A stretch of DNA of 64,000 nucleotides from an uncultured Acidimicrobiia bacterium (GTDB taxonomy: Bacteria; Actinomycetota; Acidimicrobiia; Acidimicrobiales; AC-14): the NCBI GenBank assembly GCA_963836205.1, contig CAWIIV010000006.1:128001-192000 (forward strand), written 5' to 3'. Made by a program: the position numbers and the translations under genes. The notes under the pieces are model-generated. The model saw nothing but the letters and a program-made list of their open reading frames with translations, searched no databases and was not told where the DNA came from. Shown one piece after another: positions 63,619 through 64,000 of this stretch (position 1 is its first letter; each line of letters opens with the position of its first letter).

Positions 63619-63657
63619 AAAAAAAGCCCCGGTCATCCCAGAAGGGAAGCCGGGGCC
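63619..63657 (-). terminator. GC hairpin with T7 tail on minus strand (terminator or structured RNA)
   Basis: GCCCCGGCTTCCCTTCTGGGATGACCGGGGC followed by TTTTTTT. Confidence 0.6.
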
Positions 63658-63902
63658 CCAAAACAGATACGAATGTTTTCTACTCCGTCGCAGGGAGGGG
63701 TGTCAACCCGCTCTCAGCGCTAACCGTCTCCGTCCCTGCGATCATAGCGTTCGGCTAGTCCAACGGAAACCTTGAAGGTTTTCTTCCGCCCCGACTCCGG
63801 AGCGACCGCCGCCCGTGTCCGTCGCCTGGATCCGCGACCGACCATCATCAAGGTAGGGGGTAGCGTCGTGGCTCCATCGGTTCCTCGAGTACTTCGAAGT
63901 TC

Positions 63903-64000
63903 ATGCCTGATCCCGCAGTGGCCGCACTCGCCACCGACTCGAACGCCCGAGTCCTGGTGTTCGTCGATGGTCAGAACCTCTACAAGACGAGCCAGGAGTT
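63903..64000 (+). CDS. NYN/LabA-DUF88 (PIN-like) domain protein, partial
   Basis: ATG 63903 is in frame with RVLVFVDGQNLY, the first acidic motif of NYN domains. Confidence 0.7.
   Translation, partial: MPDPAVAALATDSNARVLVFVDGQNLYKTSQE

Overview
High-GC actinobacterial chromosome segment. Gene content and order suggest Acidimicrobiia (inference). Bases 1-34700 are mostly core genes: helY, tatC/tatB, leuA with a Leu leader-peptide attenuator, serA, aspS, hisS, rel-apt-secF-secD-yajC-ruvBAC (SOS box on ruvC), yebC-pdxT-pdxS, htpX-lemA, a pimA-like gene and pepN. Two accessory genes are inserted there: a DUF4394 protein and a trypsin-like protease/non-specific endonuclease fusion. Bases 34700-64000 are accessory. 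They hold an L,D-transpeptidase with an ECF sigma/anti-sigma pair; a guanidine-I riboswitch operon (GdmH-like guanidine hydrolase, ABC importer, ureABCFGD); an Lgt-like/Cys-peptide/Tes-family radical SAM operon; urtABCDE; a Mo-oxidoreductase; a second ECF module; and, at the right edge, a SIR2 remnant and the start of an NYN gene. The best candidate for an undescribed system is 48011-51164. There an Lgt-like transferase, two paralogous small membrane peptides ending in ELxLFGxC and a tetraether-synthase-type radical SAM enzyme are joined by four tandem translationally coupled MSPD mini-ORFs. A REP-like palindrome family recurs at five loci. About nine apparent frameshifts in intact-looking genes suggest long-read indel errors. 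No rRNA, tRNA, CRISPR array or transposase was recognised. All family calls come from motif recognition, not database searches.
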